Source: Alphaproteobacteria bacterium
GTDB taxonomy: Bacteria; Pseudomonadota; Alphaproteobacteria; ATCC43930; CGMCC-115725
NCBI GenBank assembly: GCA_028871055.1
Contig: JAGWON010000012.1
Location: forward strand, 40,445-104,444
Length of the DNA stretch: 64,000 nt
Direction of reading: 5' to 3'
The position numbers were made by a program, and so were the translations under genes. Below are positions 63,493 through 64,000 of the stretch, piece by piece. The notes below the pieces were generated by a model that was not told where the DNA came from, searched no databases, and worked only from the letters and a program-made list of their open reading frames with translations. Every line of letters starts with the position of its first letter. The first letter of the stretch is position 1.

Positions 63493-63521
63493 AATATCCG
63501 GCCCCGCACCCGCGGTGGCAA
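63493..63521 (-). promoter_or_regulatory. Possible sigma70-type promoter for the sRNA candidate
   Basis: Minus strand TTGCCA (63521-63516), a 17-nt spacer, then GATATT (63498-63493). Confidence 0.3.
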
Positions 63522-63551
63522 AATGCCGGCGCGATGCCAGTCGTTCACGCC

Positions 63552-64000
63552 ATGTCGCCCGACCACTCCGTGGCCATCGATCTGCCGAGCCTACTGAGCG
63601 GCGCGGCGACAGGCCCGCTGTGGCTGCGGCCGCTCGGGATCATGACCGGCGCCGTCGCTCGGCTGGCAGTCGAGCGCGGCGTCGCCCTGAAACTCGCCGG
63701 CACCGCGCTCGCTTTCGATGCCGTCGAAGTCGTATCGCGCGCGGCCGATGCGATTGTCACGACGGTGACTCCCCTCCACGCACTCATGCACGCGTTCAAA
63801 GGCGAGCCCGCGCTCCGTGCGAAGATCGAGTCCGCGCTCCACCAGCTCTCGCGGCCGCGACCAAACTGGGCCGGCTTCACGCTCGATCGGCCGCGGATCA
63901 TGGGGATCCTCAACGTCACGCCCGACAGCTTTTCCGACGGCGGTCGCTTCCTCGACCCGGAGCGCGCTATCGCGCATGGCCGCGCACTGGTCGAGGCTGG
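63552..64000 (+). CDS. folP: Dihydropteroate synthase (5' part; runs off the window)
   Basis: Own translation: ..NWAGFTLDRPRIMGILNVTPDSFSDGGRFLDPERAIAHGRALVEAG. The frame is open from ATG 63552. The true start may be later (for example ATG 63900). Confidence 0.85.
   Translation, partial: MSPDHSVAIDLPSLLSGAATGPLWLRPLGIMTGAVARLAVERGVALKLAGTALAFDAVEVVSRAADAIVTTVTPLHALMHAFKGEPALRAKIESALHQLSRPRPNWAGFTLDRPRIMGILNVTPDSFSDGGRFLDPERAIAHGRALVEA

Noticed and set aside
63552-63899. 116-codon N-terminal extension of folP as a novel domain
   Set aside because: The frame is open, but I cannot tell whether translation starts at 63552 or nearer the MGILNVTPDSF core. I recall long FolP N-termini in other alphaproteobacteria, so it is not flagged as novel.
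1-64000. tRNA, rRNA, tmRNA, riboswitch or group II intron signatures
   Set aside because: Scanning by eye found no GGTTCGAATCC-type T-arms, rRNA-like conserved blocks or known leader motifs. An absence call by eye is weak and should be confirmed with tRNAscan-SE/Infernal.

Overview
High-GC alphaproteobacterial chromosome segment. The REP content and an IS1595 element look Nitrobacteraceae/Bradyrhizobiaceae-like, but the species cannot be determined from sequence alone. The backbone is conserved housekeeping: rpsB; bdhA-adc-patatin; parC-recO-era-rnc-lepB-acpS-pdxJ-spoT-rpoZ; pyrE; folK; smpB-dapA; slt; folP. All backbone genes are intact.

Three accessory patches interrupt the backbone:
1. 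About 0.8-7.9 kb, next to rpsB. Visibly lower GC. It holds an intact PstI/BsuBI-like type II RM pair, an orphan DUF5131 (Gp37/Gp68) gene, and a 3000-bp IS1595-family element. The element has 23-nt inverted repeats and an intact 8-bp target duplication. It carries about 2 kb of uncharacterised passenger ORFs, including a HEPN-like (R-x4-H) protein. This passenger cassette is my best candidate for an undescribed mobile toxin/defence module.
2. 19-27.6 kb. An intact type I RM operon (hsdR-S-M) is followed by a decay zone. The decay zone contains a gutted type III Res remnant, a frameshifted DUF4258 with a DUF2283 pair, and a damaged brnT with an intact brnA. REP elements punctuate the zone, as do two degenerate copies of the 3' end of the adjacent tusA-like gene.
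3. 55.9-63.4 kb. A TolC/ABC/HlyD type I secretion operon sits with an orphan prepilin peptidase, an RHH-PAS regulator and a multiply frameshifted LapG-like BTLCP pseudogene. A roughly 27% GC, 200-bp control region lies upstream.

Other notable points:
- A candidate about 90-nt sRNA with a CUCCUCCC anti-SD stretch lies next to folP.
- An EcfG-type stress promoter sits in front of a small secreted Tyr/Pro/Gly/His-rich protein.
- REP-derived sequence is embedded in frame three times in a 736-aa Pro/Ala-rich ORF.
- A class-1B PyrD/PyrK plus M20 amidohydrolase plus MFS cluster lies beside pyrE.

No rRNA, tRNA or CRISPR array was seen. All family calls rest on motif recognition from the translations; no database search was run.
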